From Somniosus microcephalus (Eukaryota): a stretch of DNA of 64,000 nucleotides. Location: the NCBI GenBank assembly GCA_052327205.1, contig CM126203.1, positions 340,814,001 to 340,878,000 of the forward strand, read 5' to 3'. The translations under genes and the position numbers were made by a program. Shown piece by piece: positions 61,488 through 64,000 of the stretch. Position 1 is the first letter of the stretch; each line of letters begins with the position of its first letter. The notes under the pieces are model-generated. The model saw only the letters and a program-made list of their open reading frames with translations. It was not told where the DNA came from and ran no database searches.

Positions 61488-61750
61488 CCTCAGTGGGCAA
61501 ATGGATCGTGCACTAAACCATACAGCTTGGAACAGTTCCCGTCTGATCCTTCATTTACGCTGAGTTATCCAAAGGTAGCCCAGGGCAGTGATGGGATGCT
61601 AATGCTGGCATCTGCATTTCTCAGGCAAAGGAAAATCATCTAAGATTCGGACTCCTGGTGTTTGCTGGAAATTGCGCATGCATTGATTGGGTGAGGACAA
61701 GATGTCTTCAATCGCTTGCTGTCCAGATTCACATTTGCTATCTAAATACT
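61488..61750 (+). mobile_element. Old SINE-like repeat family S2
   Basis: Degenerate tRNA-like start ctcagtgggcaaatg, and body motifs shared in reverse with 52260-52500. Confidence 0.45.
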
Positions 61751-62814
61751 AGACTGGCATCTGGGGCGGGGGGGGGGGGGGGGTGAAGAGATGGGATTTC
61801 ACGAGTTCTGTTTGAGCTGTACAAATAAATGGACTAATTTAACAAAATGATTATAGAAACGACTTCAAGAATAGTAGGTAGATTGTGTATTGCATGTAGT
61901 GAAATGATACAAATTGAAAGCATTACTTTTCGTTGTGACTTTCAAACATAAAGCCCATTATTGTGAAAAATTAATATGCAATTGATGTCTGTGAAGTTTG
62001 TCTCTATTCAAACCTGCTTACTGAACTTTTATTGCTTATGGTTGGCCAAATGAAACTCTCAATATATCTAATGCACACTTAAGAGTTTTAATATTAGTGT
62101 ATGTGCACATCCTGTCAATTTATCTGTTATTCATTCCTATGTCAATGATTCCACCCTCCTGCCAGAGGTGGTGCTGTAGTGTGATTTGGTGCCCAGCTGC
62201 TCAGCCTGCACTGCAGAGAAACCTGTATGCACCAACCAACTCTGCTTCCTAAATTGCTACATGTTTTGCTGTTTTAACTATAAATAATAGAAAATCAATG
62301 TATTATAAAAATAAGGCTTCAAAAGGAAGACTGAATTGCTTCTTCCCGTCCCCTGTCCTCTGATCCCACCTTACCTAAAGACTGTACTTAATCTTGAGTC
62401 CGTGTGCCATGCCATAGGAGATCCACTCCGATTTTATAATTGTAAGTGTCACACTACAAGCTGTCAAAATTAGAAAAACAAAGGGAAAGAAAAGCATGTG
62501 TTTTTTATGATCTCGAGCTGGCAAATTGACAAACACCTGAAAACCTGTAAACTTCCCTCACCAAATGGCAGTTAAACTCTGACCACAGAATCTCTTTCGA
62601 TGATTTCTACAGTGGGAGCACCTTAACGATGGCCTTCAAAGGACAGGCAAGTTAGTGGCTAAACATCAGTTGTGCTGCAGAGCCTCAGGCATCCGTGTAA
62701 ACAAAATGAGATTTGGAATTGATGTCATGCACAATCTCCCAGCTATTTTTCTTCATAATTCATGAGGTTGCTAGGATAAAAAGCTGAATTTTCAGTGGAC
62801 ATTAAAGAAAAAAA

Positions 62815-62922
62815 AATGAAGACTTGCATTTATACAGCACCTTTCACGACCACTGGATGTCCCAAAGTGCTTTCCAGCGAATGAAGTACTTTTTAAAGTG
62901 TGGTCACTGTTGTAATGTAGGA
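62815..62922 (-). mobile_element. Deu-SINE 3' tail
   Basis: gacttgcatttatacagcacctttcacgacc...aatgaagtacttttt..gtcactgttgtaatgtagg matches 10490-10575. Confidence 0.8.
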
Positions 62923-63174
62923 TGATTGAATCATCTAATAGGATGATGGTAAAAATTGTATGGCTTGATCTTGCAGTTTTGTATGATATTTTCGGTGAAA
63001 GTAGAATTTCTATATATGATTCCAATGAATCATTTGAAAGTGGCCAAATACTTTGAAAGTACCAGAAGTCCCCCTCCCCTGAGTCTATATAGAATGAGCT
63101 TTCACACCTTGCTATTTCTGATGACATTGACTTGGTAAAGTTTCTCAGATAGCTGTTTGGGCAGGGGAAAAGAT

Positions 63175-63860
63175 ATCATGGGATTACTAAACATTTAGCA
63201 CTGGTTAGGGAGTTGGTTGAAATTTCATAAACCGGATGCTGTTATTAATGGTCGTTGATTTGATTGGGGTCTGGCTACGAGAGAAGTTCCTCACAATTCT
63301 GTATTGGGTATTTGCTGTTCATCGCTAATGATCTGGAGGACAGATTAAATGATACAAAGATGTGCTCAGGAGTTTGTAATGGAGAACAAATCGATAGGTT
63401 GCAGGCTGATTTAGATAAGTTGGGTAACTGGATCAGAGTATGGTAGATGTGGACAAGTACAGTGTCATGCAAATAGGGCTAGGAAACTGGGCGTGTCAAC
63501 AGATCAGGGCTAATAGTTGCTAAATTGCTAAGTGCACCACCAATGTGAGCTTGCTACAGGGTGAGCTGATAGATTGAGTTGTATTGCTAGTACTATAGTT
63601 ACGCTGTATAAGGCTTTGATATGTCCACGCTGAGAGTATTATGTCCAGTTTTGGGGGGTCTCCATGGTGAAGAAAATTGAGGCTCTCTGGAGTACAGAGG
63701 ATGATGACCAAGGTGATGCTAAATCTTCAAGTTGGTAATTGAGGGTAAGCTCAGAGTTAATTATTTACTCTGGAGAAGTATAGGCTTAGAGGAGATATGA
63801 CGGCAAGGAATTGGGTTTGATGCTAGGAAGTATTTATTTTTACGCAGAGTCATCGCTCGC
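63175..63860 (+). mobile_element. Highly decayed CR1 RT fragment
   Basis: LFIANDLE..DTK..LQADLDKLGNW, then LYKALICPR..YYVQF and a tttattttttacgcagagtc remnant. Confidence 0.7.
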
Positions 63861-64000
63861 CACACATTTCTGCAACATGTTGCCACGGACCCACCGGGTC
63901 AGTCGTTAGTTTGGATTGTGGTGATGGAGTCTCTCTCAGGATCGACAGATGAATATTAGTTGTTACGCTTGCGCTAATGAGAGAAGAGCCCACTCCTGGA

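Overview
This window is vertebrate nuclear DNA, most likely from a shark or other cartilaginous fish, judged by its repeat content (HER1-like CR1 LINEs, a SacSINE1-like Deu-domain SINE, L2, RTE). It lies inside one + strand gene, FAM53A. Three coding exons splice in frame: 6801-6878 (exon starts at 6625 with a uATG-rich 5' UTR), 21160-21214 and 29447-30261. I found no promoter or first non-coding exon and no last coding exon (TLKNSKSL...-type), so these are presumably outside the window. The rest is intron filled with decayed and nested transposable elements: CR1, a second Jockey/CR1-group LINE with its partner tRNA-SINE, L2 with a Deu-SINE, RTE, a Vingi-like fragment, TA-targeting Tigger/pogo-type MITEs and Harbinger-like MITEs. 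Most ORFs in the supplied track are LINE fragments or chance ORFs. I found no intact novel multi-gene system. The best leads are a three-copy MITE family carrying RFX X-box palindromes, the uORF cluster before the FAM53A start, inverted LINE pairs around exons, an inverted duplication at an L2 5' junction, and the Vingi-like element. Repeat boundaries are approximate unless TIR or TSD positions are given. Family names come from recognition, not database search.
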